A model generated the notes under the pieces. That model made no database searches. It saw nothing but the letters and a program-made list of their open reading frames with translations, and was not told the origin of the DNA. A stretch of DNA of 64,000 nucleotides from Octopus sinensis (taxonomy: Eukaryota): assembly GCF_006345805.1 (NCBI RefSeq), contig NC_043004.1, positions 98,642,001 through 98,706,000 of the forward strand. Reading direction: 5' to 3'. Shown here one piece after another: positions 40,071 through 54,514 of this stretch. The position numbers were made by a program, and so were the translations under genes. How positions within the stretch are numbered: position 1 is the stretch's first letter; each line of letters starts with the position of its first letter.

Positions 40071-41681
40071 ATATATATATATATATATTTATTTATTTGT
40101 ATTTATTTCTATTTCTATATATATATATATATTTATGTATATATGTATGTATGTATATATATGTGTATATATATATAAGTATATATATATAAATATATAT
40201 ACACACACACAAATATATATATATATACACACAAATATGCATATATATATATGCATGTATGTATGTATGTATGTATGTATATATATATAAATGTAAATAT
40301 AATGCATAAATTGTATAAAGACTTGCATATATGTATACATACACATACAAATGTATACAGATAGATATACATATCCATGTATCCATATATATATATCTAT
40401 AAATATATCTATACACACACACACACATACTTCTACACTCCCATATAAATATATAAATACAAATATACATACACACATATGCACACACACATATACGTAT
40501 ACAAATACATACATAAACATATTTATATGTATGTGTGTGTGTCTTTATATACACTCAAGTGTTTATAATAGAGGGAGGGAGAGAGGGACATGCATTCAGA
40601 GAGAGGGGTAAAGCAATTGATAGAGACACTGATAGAGAGATGCATAGATGAATTAATGCATACTTACAAGTACCGAAGCATGTATATATGTGTATACATA
40701 TACACGTACATGCATACATACCAATGAAGCATAAGGTCAAAGACAGAGAGAAAGAAAGATTCTTTATCTATAGCAAAATTTCTATTGCTTTATAGAATGG
40801 AAATAAATACATAAAAAGTAAATTCATCATGAAAATAAAATATATATATATATATAAAAAAAACGGATAAAGTATTCCAAAATCACAAAAAAAAAATGTA
40901 AAAATCAGTATATAGGAAATCTGAAAGCCAGAAAATAAAAGAAATGAACAAGAAATGAAAAAAACATAAAACAAAAGATAAAACTCAAAACAATAACATC
41001 AGAAATAAATAACATATATTTCAATGGTTGTGATGGAAGTTGTGTTGCAGATGTAATGTGTTAAGGTGTGGTGGTATGGTTTTGCACTGTATAATGTGTT
41101 GGCTTGGATGGTGAAGTTGTGAATGTGATGTTGTTTGAATGACTCGGATATCCGTGAGCAGATTAAATTTTCAATCACTTTAGAGCGTTTGTCTGTGCAT
41201 GTGCGAGGATCAGCGTATGAGTATGTGTGTGCATGTATGTGTGTGTATATATATATATATACGTTCATATATATATGCATATACATATATATAAAACTAT
41301 GCATATATGTATGTGTGTGGGTATATATATATATATACGTTCATATATATATGCATATACATATATATAAACCTATGCATATATGTATGTGTGTGGGTAT
41401 ATATATATATACGCTCATATATACATGCATATACATATATATAAACCTATGCATATATGTATGTGTGTGGGTATATATTTATATGTGTTTGTGTGTATGT
41501 ATATATATATATATAATATATATATATATATATGTATTTATATATATGTATATATATGTATATATGTATGTATATGTGTATATATATGTATTATATATAT
41601 GTATATATATGTATATATGTATGTATATATATATATATATATTATATATATATATTATATATATATATATGTATATATGTA

Positions 41682-41740
<59 letters not shown>

Positions 41741-41986
41741 ACACATGCACATACACACACATATATATACATACACACCTGCACATACCTAACAAGAAAT
41801 CAATAGGCTTGGACCTACTGGTTTTCAAATGTTTCTACAATCATTGGATACTGTGTATGCAAATAAATATTGCACACTACACTGAAAAGTGCTGAATCCT
41901 TCTTTGCATAAATGGTTCTCTCTTTAATCCCCTGATTAAGGTAATCATAACATAAAACATGTATTTATTTACATTATATATGCGTG

Positions 41987-42037
<51 letters not shown>

Positions 42038-42244
42038 AAAGCAGTTTGATTCAGTTCCATGCTACTTCAAGATTTTCAGGCCCCTAACAGGAGTGTGACT
42101 TTTTTCAGACATATATATATATATATCTATATATATGTTGCTTTATTCACTAATTCTATCATGCATTTCAGCCCAAATTCTGAGATTATGCTGGAACACT
42201 GCCAGTGTCATTACTTTTTCAATGGCCATAGAAATATATATATA

Positions 42245-42520
42245 TCATCATCATCATCATCATCATCGTCGTTTAGCGTCCGCTTTCCATGCTAGCATGG
42301 GTTGGGCGATTTGACTGAGGACTGATGAACCAGATGGCTGGGTTTTTTACAGCTGGATGCCCTTCCTAACGCCAACCACTCTGAGAGTGTAGAGGGTGCT
42401 TTTATGTGCCACCGGCACGAGGGTCAGGCAGGAGGTACTGGCAATGGCCACACTCAAGTGGTGTTTTTTACTTGCCACCTGCATAGGAACCAGTCCAGCG
42501 ACACTCGCACCAACCTTGCT
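42245..42520 (-). mobile_element. RTE 3' tip
   Basis: (cat)n-cgtttagcgtccgctttccatgctagcatgggttgg. Confidence 0.85.
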
Positions 42521-42525
42521 CAAAT

Positions 42526-42572
<47 letters not shown>

Positions 42573-43426
42573 CACACACAAAAAAAAACACACACAGACA
42601 CACACTCATATGTACACACACAAAGAATCAACAAGTCAAGAAAAGCTAGCTGGTCTATCAGTTACGTATATAATACTATATCGTAGACCATTTTTACCAA
42701 TCATTTGTGTACACAAGAATTACGGGAATCCAGTTTTGGTACTCATCACAAGTGTTGCTAGGAAAGTATGACATGAACTCTTTCCCATTACAGGTTAAAA
42801 AATTTCACATCTAGTTTTCAGGTGTCATAAAAAAAACACACACACATTGAAAATTTTATGAAAGAAACCCAGGAAAGAAATTTATGCTTATTAGACTCAT
42901 GTCTCTTGATAGGGATTAATGAGTGCCGTCATGGTGCATGAACTATATGTCTATAAATTCAGATTCAGGTTGGGCGTGGAAGGGTGTTTGTGTTGATGTG
43001 TGTGGTGGGGAGAGTGGGGATATGATGAGTCAGTCTTACCACTATGCGTGGATGTTCAAGTATGTATGTGTTTGTTCATGTGTTATAATCTAGGTGTGGA
43101 ATGACAAATCCTAAGCTAGTGGTGATGGAAAATATCCATGCTGGAAGCGTTAATGTTTATATTCTTAGTTTGGCTTGCCAGTATCTCCAAAACCATGTTT
43201 ATGAATATTAGAGCAGGATAGGAAAATTGCACTTCTGCAGCTCGGGTAAGTATCATGGGGAATAGAGTTCATCAGTACAATTGTTATTGTCTGCTAAACA
43301 GAGACCGCATCTTCTAATGCTATTAAAGTATTGTTTACATCCCACCAATACTATCCACTTGATGCAGTAATCTATGGCACTTGCTTTCAACAACTATATA
43401 TATGCATATGCCTTGCTACAGCTGTG

Positions 43427-43830
43427 GGCGCAGGAGTGGCTGTGTGGTAAGTAGCTTGCTAAACAACCACATGGTTCCAGGTTCAAACCCACTGCGTGGA
43501 GTCTTGGGCAAGTGTCTTCTGCGCTATAGCCCCGGGCCGACCAATGCCTTGTGAGTGGATTTGGTAGATGAAAACTGAAAGAAGCCTGTCGTATATATGT
43601 ATATATATATATATATATTTATGTGTGTGTGCATGTGTTTGTCCTCCTAGCATTGCTTGACAACCGATGCTGGTGTGTTTACGTCCCCGTCACTTAGCGG
43701 TTCGGCAAAAGAGACCGATAGAATAAGTACTGGGCTTACAAAGAATAAGTCCCCGGGTCGATTTGCTTGACTAAAGGCGGTGCTCCAGCATGGCTGCAGT
43801 CAAATGACTGAAACAAGTAAAAGAAAAGAA
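43427..43830 (+). mobile_element. SINE family A, full length
   Basis: Matches the family A consensus. Confidence 0.92.
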
Positions 43831-45089
43831 AGAAAAGCTGTGACATGTCAGCTGTCCTCGATGTTAAAGGAGGACTTGTGGTTGTTAAATTTAGTCCTGA
43901 AGGCACCTTCTGTCTTAGCTCCTTTTTTTTTTTTCACATTTTTTACAACACTCCTAAACTGTATATGATGCTTTCTTACCCCCAGCATCAATGACCTTGC
44001 ACTATGCCTACCCAAGTACTCTGTCTGAGGGGTTCAAAGACCGACATTTTGAAACTCTTTAGTATGAAACTAGTAAAATAGGTTTATAATACTATATGCG
44101 TGTGTGTATATGGGCATCTGTGTGATACACATACATACACACAAACTATGTTATATCCTAAGATGCACTTGTGGAGTCAGCTTCCATTGATTAATGTTGA
44201 TCATATTAAGCAGCATTTGCAGCCATCTGCAATGACAACATTATCAAGCTTCTTTGCATTATATATAGAGAAAACTCAAAATTTATGCCTTCACATAACC
44301 AAAACAGATTTTTTTATGGGGGATCTTTTTAAAGACAATTCTTATTGGTTAATTCATTTGAGAGTCTGGGACTTCTAGAAGTTTTCTGAAAAGCACAGTT
44401 GTCTGCAGTATCAAACTCACAATACTTCTGATCGGTCAGTAAGTGATATTACAAAGTGCTTGGAAAATTTCCATTAAATATGGTTTGGTCCTGTTAAAAT
44501 ATTCCATGTAAGGGAAAGTCAAGTCAATCACAGGTCTCCAAGTGCTAATTGCAAATGAAAGATAGAATTCGCTTAGTTCTCTATCCAAATGAGTGGAGTT
44601 TTTGAAAGAAGAGAACCTTAAATGTGTTCGTGTTTAGATCTCGACGATTTCTGTAGCCATAGTATTATTTCTTATTCATATAGAATGGAAACAAATATAT
44701 AAGAGAAATAAAAATATAGAATAGAAATAATAGACATATATATAAAAAAAAGCATTTGTGAGTGTGTCTGCTGATATACATTTAGACATGTCCAGCCACA
44801 CATGTATATACACACATATATTAGCTACAATTTTAATGAAGTTGAAATGATGATACAAGATTAAAATTAAAGTAGTTTCAGCTGATGAATAAACAAAGTT
44901 ATAAAAACTGCAATAAAGAAAGCATGTAAAAAAAGTGTTAGTGAACCTTAGAAGTGGAGAGTAGTGATAGAAAAAAAATATTTAAAAGGAGATGAAGAAG
45001 AGATGAGAGTGAGGATCAGAGCGGTTTATTATATAACAAAATAAGACAGCGCAGAAAGTAAACTTAAAAGATTAACAGGTAGATTAATA

Positions 45090-45209
45090 GGCATAGGAGT
45101 GGCTGTGTGGTAAGTAGCTTGCTTACGAACCACATGGTTCCAGGTTCAGTTCCACTGTGTGGCACCTTGTGCAAGTGCCTTCTACTATAGCCTCAGGCTG
45201 ACCAAAGCC

Positions 45210-45242
<33 letters not shown>

Positions 45243-45436
45243 TGTGTCTGTGTTTGTTGCCCCAACATTGCTTGGCAACCAATGCTGGTGTGTTTACTTT
45301 CCTGTAACTTAGCAGTTCAGCAAAAGAGACTGATAGAATAAGTACTAGGTTCACAAAGAATAAGTCAATTTGCTTGACTAAAGGCAGTGCTCCAGCATGG
45401 CCACAGTCAAATGACTATAACAAGTAAAAGAGTAAG
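45090..45436 (+). mobile_element. SINE family A
   Basis: Matches the family A consensus. Confidence 0.88.
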
Positions 45437-45701
45437 TAAATATCTAAATACATAAATTATTATAAAACAATAAACTGAATAAATTATGCTGATATACAAA
45501 AGTAATTGAAGTGTGTATTGTTAAGCTTTAAAGAGAAATAACAGTGATGTGTATCAATTGCCTGAATTATAGAATGGTCAACAGTAAGGCTGTGGTTTAC
45601 TTAGTATGAAACACCCAGCAAACTTAGTTTAATGATATTTAATTTGCCAATCATGTTTGATTCAATTATAAAACAAGTGGGATTAAAACAGACTTTCTGT
45701 T

Positions 45702-45962
45702 TCACTGTGAGTGCCTGTGCTTTGTTGACAATGAAATTAAAAACCTATGATGTTCAAACTTGCTCATCAAAAGTTTAATATTGACAAATGGTTTCAAAGT
45801 TCTACAAAGAGCTCCCACTTCAGAGTGTTTGGTATGGCCCCAGGCTGAGGTGAACTCTGTTGTTGCACCTCTATATAATGTCAAAGTGAGTATTTCTTTA
45901 GGAGACAAGTTGGTAATTACCTCAGTCATGACTAACTCATCAAAATTGGGAACAGCTGCCAT
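45702..45962 (-). CDS. Candidate coding segment with an F-box-like N-terminus (MAAVPNFDELVMTEVITNLSPKEILTLTL)
   Basis: Non-repeat ORF; ATG in ATCATGG context; strong acceptor TCTTTTTCTTTTTTCAG|G at 46141; the F-box resemblance is by eye only. Confidence 0.25.
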   Translation of the reverse strand: MAAVPNFDELVMTEVITNLSPKEILTLTLYRGATTEFTSAWGHTKHSEVGALCRTLKPFVNIKLLMSKFEHHRFLISLSTKHRHSQ

Positions 45963-46393
45963 GATGTCATGGCTAGTTCTTGGCAGTCTTTTTTTAAGAA
46001 GAGTCACAGACACTGATTTCAAGTGAAGACCACAGAGTAATCTTTAAGACATTGGGCTAATCATGTAAGAAAATTCTGATTACAGACACTTCAAATACTC
46101 AAAAGAATTTACAATTCATTGGAGAGGCAATGGTTCCTGACCTGAAAAAAGAAAAAGAACCAAGTGTGAAGCACAGGAATTGACAGGGAATGGGAGTGAA
46201 AGCCATATGTGCCAGCTGGCATGAAGAAGCAAGAAGAAGAATACTTTCAAATCCAAACTTATTGTTTTTGTCAAATGAAATACTCTACAGTGTATATAAT
46301 TTCAAAAATGACATATATAATATACAATAAAACTTAATGTTGGATGTCTGAAATAAGTTACAGTCAGAAAGTTCAAATTATTACTAAGAACGT

Positions 46394-46545
46394 AGGCGCA
46401 GGCATGGCTGTGTGGTTAGGGAGCTTGCTTTCTAACTACATGGTTTCGGGTTCAGTCCCACTGCGTGAAACTTTGGGTAGGTGTCTTCCGCTATAACCCT
46501 GAGCCGACCGGAGCTTTGTGACTGAATTTGGTAGGCAGGAGTTAT
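46394..46545 (+). mobile_element. SINE family A, 5' part
   Basis: Family A head. Confidence 0.75.
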
Positions 46546-47012
46546 TGCCGTGTGTGTATGTGTGCGTATAGCTGCTCAGTGCCTCTCCGAAAGAGAGAGA
46601 GAGGGAATATAATTAATATAACTAATATAATAAATATAATATAATTACTTTAAGAATTTTGCTATGATGAATGTTTTGTCTTCCTTAGTGAAATTTAAAA
46701 TTATATTATTTAAGAAATGTTCCCTTTTGTATTGCATTTTATATACCAGAATTAGTATAGATGAGTTTGATGATATGATAATGCACTCCATTTTTCTTTG
46801 AGATCTATAGGTTTTAAAGAAAATATTCCATGAATTAAAATTAAAGGTGTCAGGATCTAATTTTATAGTAGAGGGTTCAAAGACCAGCTCAGAAACATAA
46901 TGTTTTTAACTAGACACAAGTATATGTACAATAATAAAACTATATATTGCATTTCGTTTTTGGATTTGGTTTGCAAGATTCTTTATATGAGTTCGTGTGT
47001 TGAAGCATATTT

Positions 47013-47345
47013 TGTTGTGTCTGGGGAGAGTCATTTTCTTTTTGTGCCTGATTATTTAGCATACTCATTGGTAAAATTTCCACTTATTTCTTATTTTTAT
47101 TTTCCTAAAATTTTCGTAGCATACTCACTGGTAAAATTTCCACTTATTTCTTATTTTTATTTTCCTAACATTTTCGTTGCATCTTGCAATCGTTTCAATA
47201 GTCTTGAATCTCAAGACTACTGAAAAGGTTTCAAGACGCAACGAAAATTTTAGGAAAATAAAAATAAGAAATAAGTGGAAATTTAACCGGTAAGTGTGTT
47301 AAATTATAAGGCACAAAAAGAAAATGACTCTCCCCAGACACAACA
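47013..47345. repeat. Fold-back with an exact 60-bp tandem duplication in the left arm (47058-47117 / 47118-47177)
   Basis: tgttgtgtctggggagagtc.. / ..gactctccccagacacaaca; central hairpin tagtcttga-atc-tcaagacta. Confidence 0.9.
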
Positions 47346-47905
47346 GTGTATATTGCATTATATAGTTTTATTATAAAAGAGTAAAAGAATAAAATTATAT
47401 ATTAGTAAAATGAAATAAAATGAAATAAAATAATGTTAAGAATAAGATAAGAATTAGGAATTAAAAAGATCGTATGTATGCATATAATATTGTATGTGAT
47501 ATTATATTTACAGTGAAGTGTTTAACTACTCATGCATGTATGGATAGGAGTTTTCTATAGTTCCATTTGTATGCATAAAACAAATTATACATCATAAATC
47601 TTCCATGGAGCTATAACAGTTGTGTACTGAATATTTGAATAAATTGATATATGGGATTATTTTCAGTAGGGTGGAAGAACTGTTGGGCACCACTCAATTA
47701 CTTTTTATATCTTTTAAATGGTTTGAAATATTTCAGCATGCATACTTGTTTATGTATACAGTCAGAGATTAATTCAGAATTACATCTCCTTTATTGCAGG
47801 TCATTTTTCTCTCTCCCCTTACTTCCTCTCAAGTACTCACCATGTACATTCCCCACTCTCCCTCAATGCATATACGTATAATAAATAATAAATTATATAT
47901 ATATG

Positions 47906-47938
<33 letters not shown>

Positions 47939-47989
47939 GTATATATATATATACATATATATATATATGTATATTATATGTATATATAT

Positions 47990-48023
<34 letters not shown>

Positions 48024-48053
48024 CATATATATATACATAATATATATATATAT

Positions 48054-48101
<48 letters not shown>

Positions 48102-48123
48102 CATATATATATATACATATATA

Positions 48124-48157
<34 letters not shown>

Positions 48158-49521
48158 CTATATATATATATTATATATATATACATATATATACACACAC
48201 ATATATATATTATTTATCATTTAATTGGACTTGACACATACATACATACATATATACATACATACCCACACACACATACACACACACACACACACACACG
48301 TGCACACACACACACACACACACGCACACACACCGACACACACACACACACATATATATATTTACTTATCTCTCTTATGATCACATATTTTTTCAACTAA
48401 ACATCTCTCCCCTGCAGACATTGCTCACACCCAATTCTTTATCCACTTCTAACTTTTCTTTGCTCAACGCTGGAACAACCTATAATACATAAGGCAAAAT
48501 GCAGTGAAAGTTATATGAGATGGGATGTTTGGTACAATGAAATGGCAAACAATTTTGTTACTTACAGATCTGTGGATACCAAAGTTTTATATCAGAATCT
48601 TATCCCTTTTTCACTCTACTAAGTAGTTTTTAGATTTTCACATGACATTATGTCTGATTTGCATTATGTGACTCTATTTAGATCTTGTGGAATTGTGTTT
48701 GTGTTGTGCCTAAAGCTGTATTTGGGCTGTATGATGTCTTTGTACTTTGCAGTGCCATGCTTGTGTTGCTGATAAATATCAATGATAAACTGCCATACAG
48801 TGTATAATTCAGTGTTCTGAAGAACTGAAACGAAATATGCTATTTTGGTATAACACCAATGACATGGTTATACACTCTGAATTATACCTGTCCAAGTTGT
48901 CAAAGTGATTGAAGAAAAATAATAAATACCATAACCAGAGATGCCAAAACACTCAGAAAGACATCTTAATCTGAGCCAAACAAAACATCTTCAGGGATAA
49001 TATTGAAAAGATCTCAAAGTACAAGAGGTCCAAATGGCAATAGTATACATCCCAAAGAATTTGGAAGATGTCATAGTACTAGGTTCAGTCTGAAAACTAT
49101 TTTATCAGTGTCTATTAAAATATAAAGTTATGATTCATAATGCAAAAATGTGCAACTCAGTATGCTGCTTTATGTCAACAAACAAAAACACTGATTATTG
49201 CATACATAATCATGGATAAAGGAAGGTTTCAAGCACTAGGAGACAAAGTAATACACTAATGCCACCAAATTTACAAAGCAGCCTACTTAGAGAATATATT
49301 TCATGAAAGAAGGGTTACATGGCTAACAGAGATCTCTGAATGACACATGTAAACTCAAAAGAAGCTACGAAGTCATTTTGCCAAAACATAAACTTTATAA
49401 ATTATTTCTTCAGCTGGAATAAGAAAATCAATTGTTTATTCCAAATTTGTACTACTTGGCATTCTTCATTCTTTATATAAATAATAGATATACTGCATAT
49501 CAATGCTGTTTTCCAACTATT

Positions 49522-49560
<39 letters not shown>

Positions 49561-49568
49561 CAAGCACA

Positions 49569-49611
<43 letters not shown>

Positions 49612-51404
49612 CAGTCTTTTACAGTTTTGTTCAAATTTCATTCATGAAGCATTAGTTAAAGTGATAGTACCAATAGCATATGCTTTCTAAAGGAAATGGA
49701 TATTCAAATCAAACCCAGAAAATTTGTGGCTACATAATGGAACTGAGACAAGTTCTATACATACAGGTGAGTGAAAGGTTTTGCAGTTCCATATAAAGTT
49801 TTCCAAGAGACATTGGCCTAAATAGCAGAAAAAAAAAAGAACTATCATAATCTATTTTTAATAGTTTCATACAGTGCTTTGTCTGCAAACTTGAGGTAAC
49901 TTATTGCCACTTTCTGCAGTCAGGTCTAAGAATCCCACCAAATAAATACCATACCTGAAAAGAAACTCGAGAAAGTACCTGTTCAATGATTTGTTCCTTA
50001 ATGACAATAGAGTTTATAAAGATATTCTAATGATAAACGCACACATTCTATTTTAGTGATAAGTTTAGGGTTTGTGAAAAAAGAGTTTGTTTCTATATTT
50101 AACATTTTGTTCTCAAACAGTCTCTTTTATTTCCTATTGTTATTCCTGAAATAAACCTTTGCATACATTTTGGCAACACTACCTTATATTACATTCGTTT
50201 GTTACATACAATGTAGTTTCAAGTTTAAAAGAAAATTATCCAGGGTGTCAACTGGTGTGTAATGAACTGATGTCTAAAACAACTTTATCCATGGTTTCAT
50301 GGAGTTATACTTTAAGCAATTTATTAGATTCTCACATTTGTCAGAATCACTAATAAATTTGAATACTTTATTTGACAGAAAATTTACAAAAGTATTTAAG
50401 CTAATACTTTAAGGAATACTGGCAATATAATTTTTTTAGTTCCGAAGAGGATGACACCAATTGGAAAGGTATTGTGTTAAATTTTCCTGGAGGCAAAATT
50501 TTCTCCATATTGAAGCTGTCTAACAAATTTTCCTTACACATTACAAAAAAAGTTTTCTATATGCTAAAAACTGTATTCCAAAACTAGTGTTAAATACCAG
50601 CCTCCATACTAAGCAAAGGAACGACTGAGTGAGCACTGAAATACTTCAATTATAAAAGAATGTAATATCACTGTAATAGTAAACACAGAATTCAGATAAA
50701 TTTCTCAGGCAAGGAAGTAAATGCCTTTGTAACATACTGCTACCACACTGTTTTCTTTCATTGAATTCATTCTCACAAACTGCTAGTCTTCTCTTGATGT
50801 TGTGTCATTCTTTTAACTGGCTAGAATGGCTTGTTCATTTGCAAGAAAGAATGAAAATCATCTGTGAGGTAGAGAGCTGAAAAACCCATCATTGGAAACA
50901 AGTTTGTTTTTTTTTCACAGGAAAGATAGGATTCTATAAGTCAACCTTTAACAGAACTTTCTTGTCGCTGATAATATCAGCACAGAACCTTTTGTTAGCA
51001 CCATCGTTCATATCACACAACTCTTGTTGCTTTGTTGTTGTGCTGACAATTTTTTTTTATGTCAGGCAAATTTTGAATTGTTGGGAATCAAAAGCATGAC
51101 TTGCTTTTCATATTTTGAAAATAGTTTCATACAGTACTTCCCTTTGTTTCTTTGTTTCTTGTTAATAGCTGTTACTTTATGTCTAGCAGAGAAATATCAC
51201 ATTGAATAGATTGTCAACACCAAAAAAAATTTTTAAAGAAAATGAAATACTCAATAACTTTACCATTGAACATAACTGGTGCTTAGGACAGATGCTCAGG
51301 TGTTTTGACCTTTTTGTAAATTAATCTCAAAAAGAAAACTCAATTCATTCAGTAAAACTTGCTAATAATTCAATGTCATTGGTGACCACATCCATACCAA
51401 AAGA

Positions 51405-51442
<38 letters not shown>

Positions 51443-51477
51443 TACTACTACTACTACTACTACTACTATTATGTATA

Positions 51478-51508
<31 letters not shown>

Positions 51509-51589
51509 GGATGATGATGATGATGATGATGATGATAATAAATGCCCTAATAAAGTATCAAGCAGTGGCTCCCATGGCTTTTGGATCTT

Positions 51590-52035
51590 AACTGTTTGGA
51601 AGTGTTATCTTGTACATTGTTTTTCTTGGTACAAAAAATGGGCTACAGCAAATATTCTGCTCAATATCACAGGTTTGCTTGTCAATTGTTTGACCTTAAC
51701 CAGTTGAGCATGTCCCTTAGTGGCTGATGATACGTGCACCATAGCCTTGTGTTGAGAGGAATTCTTTGGGGTTTGGATAATTCACCTCTGGAAACATGGG
51801 TGTTTTGTTCATCATCCTTAAAACAAACCTTATTCAGGGAACTTTTGAGCATGATAGGCTACTCGACCTGAAGAAAATTCTAACTGGGCTCCACCTACAA
51901 GACCATGCACTGCATATCTTGATATGAGATCACCATCTCTAGCACATATCGTTGTGATGCATGTGCCTGGTAGACCCTTATCAGGTGGGTAGTCATGATG
52001 GGTATACTGGGCTTCATATACTTTACTTCAGCAAA
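51590..52035 (+). mobile_element. Unclassified ~450-bp dispersed repeat; inverted homologue at 61540-62000
   Basis: Shared blocks such as aaaccttattcaggga..tttgagca, ctgaagaaaattct..ctggg and tgtgatgcatgtgcctgg. Confidence 0.75.
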
Positions 52036-52209
52036 ATGTTGGAAATTTTGGGGATTTGAACAATAATGATGGTGGTGGTGGTGGTGATGATGGTGGCAAG
52101 GAGGAGGAGGAGGAGGAGGAGGATGGGGCAGAGGAGGATGTGGAAGATGCAAAGGAAGAGGATACAGAAGATGCAGATGATGATGACGATGTGGTGGTGG
52201 AGGAGGGGG

Positions 52210-52920
52210 AGGAAGAAGAAGAAGAAGCAGAAGGAGAAGAAGAAGAAGAAGAAATAGAAAAGAAGAAGAAGAAGAAGAAGGAGAAGAAGAAGAAGAAGGA
52301 GAAGAAGAAGAAGAAGAAGGAGGAGAAGAAGAAGAAGAAGAAGAAGAAGAAGGAGAAGAAGAAGAAGAAGGAGGAGAAGAAGAAGAAGAAGAAGAAGAAG
52401 AAGGAGAAGAAGAAGGAGAAGAAGAAGAAGACGACGACGGAGAAGAAGAAGAAGAAGAAGAAGAAGAGGAGAAGAGGAGAGGAAGTAGGAGAAGAAGAAG
52501 AAGAAGAAGAAGGAGAAGAAGAAGGAGAAGAAGAAGAAGACGACGACGGAGAAGAAGAAGAAGAAGAAGAAGAAGAAGAGAAGTAGGAGAAGAAGAAGAA
52601 GAAGAAGAAGAAGAAGAAGAAGAAGAAGACGACGGAGAAGAAGAAGGAGAAGAAGAAGAAGGAGAAGAAGAAGAAGGAAAAAAAGAAGAAGAAGAAGAAG
52701 AAGAAGAAGGAGAAGGAAAAGAAGAAGAAGAAGAAGAAGACGACGGAGAAGAAGAAGAAGAAGAGAGAAGAAGGAGAAGAAGAAAAAGAAGGAGAAGAAG
52801 AAGAAGACGAATACGAAGAAAAACAAGAAGAAGAAGAAGAGGAAGTTGAAGAAGAAGAAGAAGAAGAAGGAGAGGAGAAGAAGAAGAAGAAGGAGGAGGA
52901 GGAGGAGGAGGAGGAGAAAA
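52210..52920 (+). repeat. About 700-bp (GAA/GGA/GAC)n polypurine tract
   Basis: Direct reading. Confidence 0.98.
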
Positions 52921-54264
52921 AACAAGGTGGAGGAGGAAAATATTCTTGGAGAGAAAGAATATATTCATTTCCTTGTTACATGGCAATCGTTCAATATAAT
53001 GTATTGGTTACAATAGGGCAGACACAACAGTTTGAAAATAATGGTAAAGATGAGAAAAAGATACAAAATGGGTAGAGAACCCATCTTGCTGCACTGACTG
53101 ATAGAAAAGCAAGACATTTATATTCAGAAAGGCCAGCAGAAGATAGCAACATACAAACAACACCTACACACACATACAAATACAGCTCTCTCTATATATA
53201 TATGATATATGTGTATGTAAATTCGTATACAGAGCTATATACACACACACAGATACATGAATATTTATACATTCTAGCAAAAATACACACATACACACAT
53301 ATGCATAAACACTCACTTATATGCATATATGTATGAAAATTATATAGATACGTAGATATAATGTATTTCTTCATTGCCAACAAAGGCCCAACTATTAAAT
53401 ATACAAGCTGACTCGCTAAACATTATAATACGAACTGAGAAAATATTCAAATTTTTATGTGTCTGGCAAAGATGTATTTAATTGAAAAAAATGTATATCA
53501 TTGTATTGTAGACTGCATTACAATGATGATGATGATGATGACGGTGGTGATGATGGTGTTGCTGCTGGTGATGATGATGATGGAAATATAAGCATCGATA
53601 ATGATTATGATGATATTTCTGGTGAAGACGATGATGATAATGCTTTCAAGTTTTGACCAATGATGATAAATATTGGTGATGATGATAAATATTGGTGCTG
53701 ATGATGTGAATGATGCTGATGAAGCAGATGATATTGGCAACATAAAATGATGATTTTTATATCATTGTTAGTAATAATAGTAATAAGAATAGTAATGGTG
53801 TAACCTCATCTATCTTAGTGTTGTTTACCTATCTGTATCAGGAAATTGTTTCTTTTGTTAACTAACGTATTTTTTTAATTCCTTTATATTTTCATTGATG
53901 CTTGAATTCCTACCAACAGGGCTGTGAGCTTCATACTACCCCAATTAGCATCTTATAATGAGCTAATCATTATCATCATTGATGTAATCATCATCGTTAT
54001 TGTCTTCATTATTTTTAGCTTTACATCTACTTTCCTGTGCTGGTATCGACTGGATAGATTTTTTTCAGAAGCAGTGTTTTGTAGCCTGACACTCATCTTG
54101 AGACTAACCTTTATAGTTTCTTGAAACAATATGCAGGAACCAGTGCACTTATTCTAAAACCAATATACACACACTTTACACTGTTTGAACTTCTGTTAAG
54201 AAGATACCTCATAAATCGTTGGCTTCAATCTATCTATCATGAATATGAGTTCATTGTTTAATTT

Positions 54265-54412
54265 TGCGGTTAGAAAGCTTGCTTACCAGCCACATGGTTC
54301 CGGGTTCAGTCCCACAGCGTGGCACCTTGTGCAAGTGTCTTCTACTGTAGCCTTGGACCGACCAAAGCCTTGTGAGTGAATTTGGTAGACAGAAACTGAA
54401 AGAAACCTGTCA
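54265..54412 (+). mobile_element. SINE family A, 5' half
   Basis: Family A head. Confidence 0.85.
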
Positions 54413-54415
54413 TAT

Positions 54416-54510
<95 letters not shown>

Positions 54511-54514
<4 letters not shown>

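Noticed and set aside
44020-44080. Hammerhead-like gagggttcaaagacc..gaaac (also at about 46870)
   Set aside because: CUGANGA is absent or disrupted; too decayed to call.
48900-49400. Possible old CR1/L2 relic (GPNGNSIHPK)
   Set aside because: Only one short motif resembles a LINE; too degraded to support a call.
49693-49766. Candidate 74-nt + strand exon (donor CAG|GTGAGT); also 43217-43245
   Set aside because: The acceptors are weak, the peptides are unrecognisable, and chaining with the other candidates gives a stop codon.
49940-49970. Minus-strand AG|GT recursive-splice-like site (TTTCTTTTCAG|GTATGG)
   Set aside because: Such motifs are expected by chance in AT-rich DNA, and no host gene or strand is established.
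51895-52986. 363-aa, 300-aa and 176-aa poly-L/S/E/K ORFs
   Set aside because: They are translations of the (GAA)n tract.
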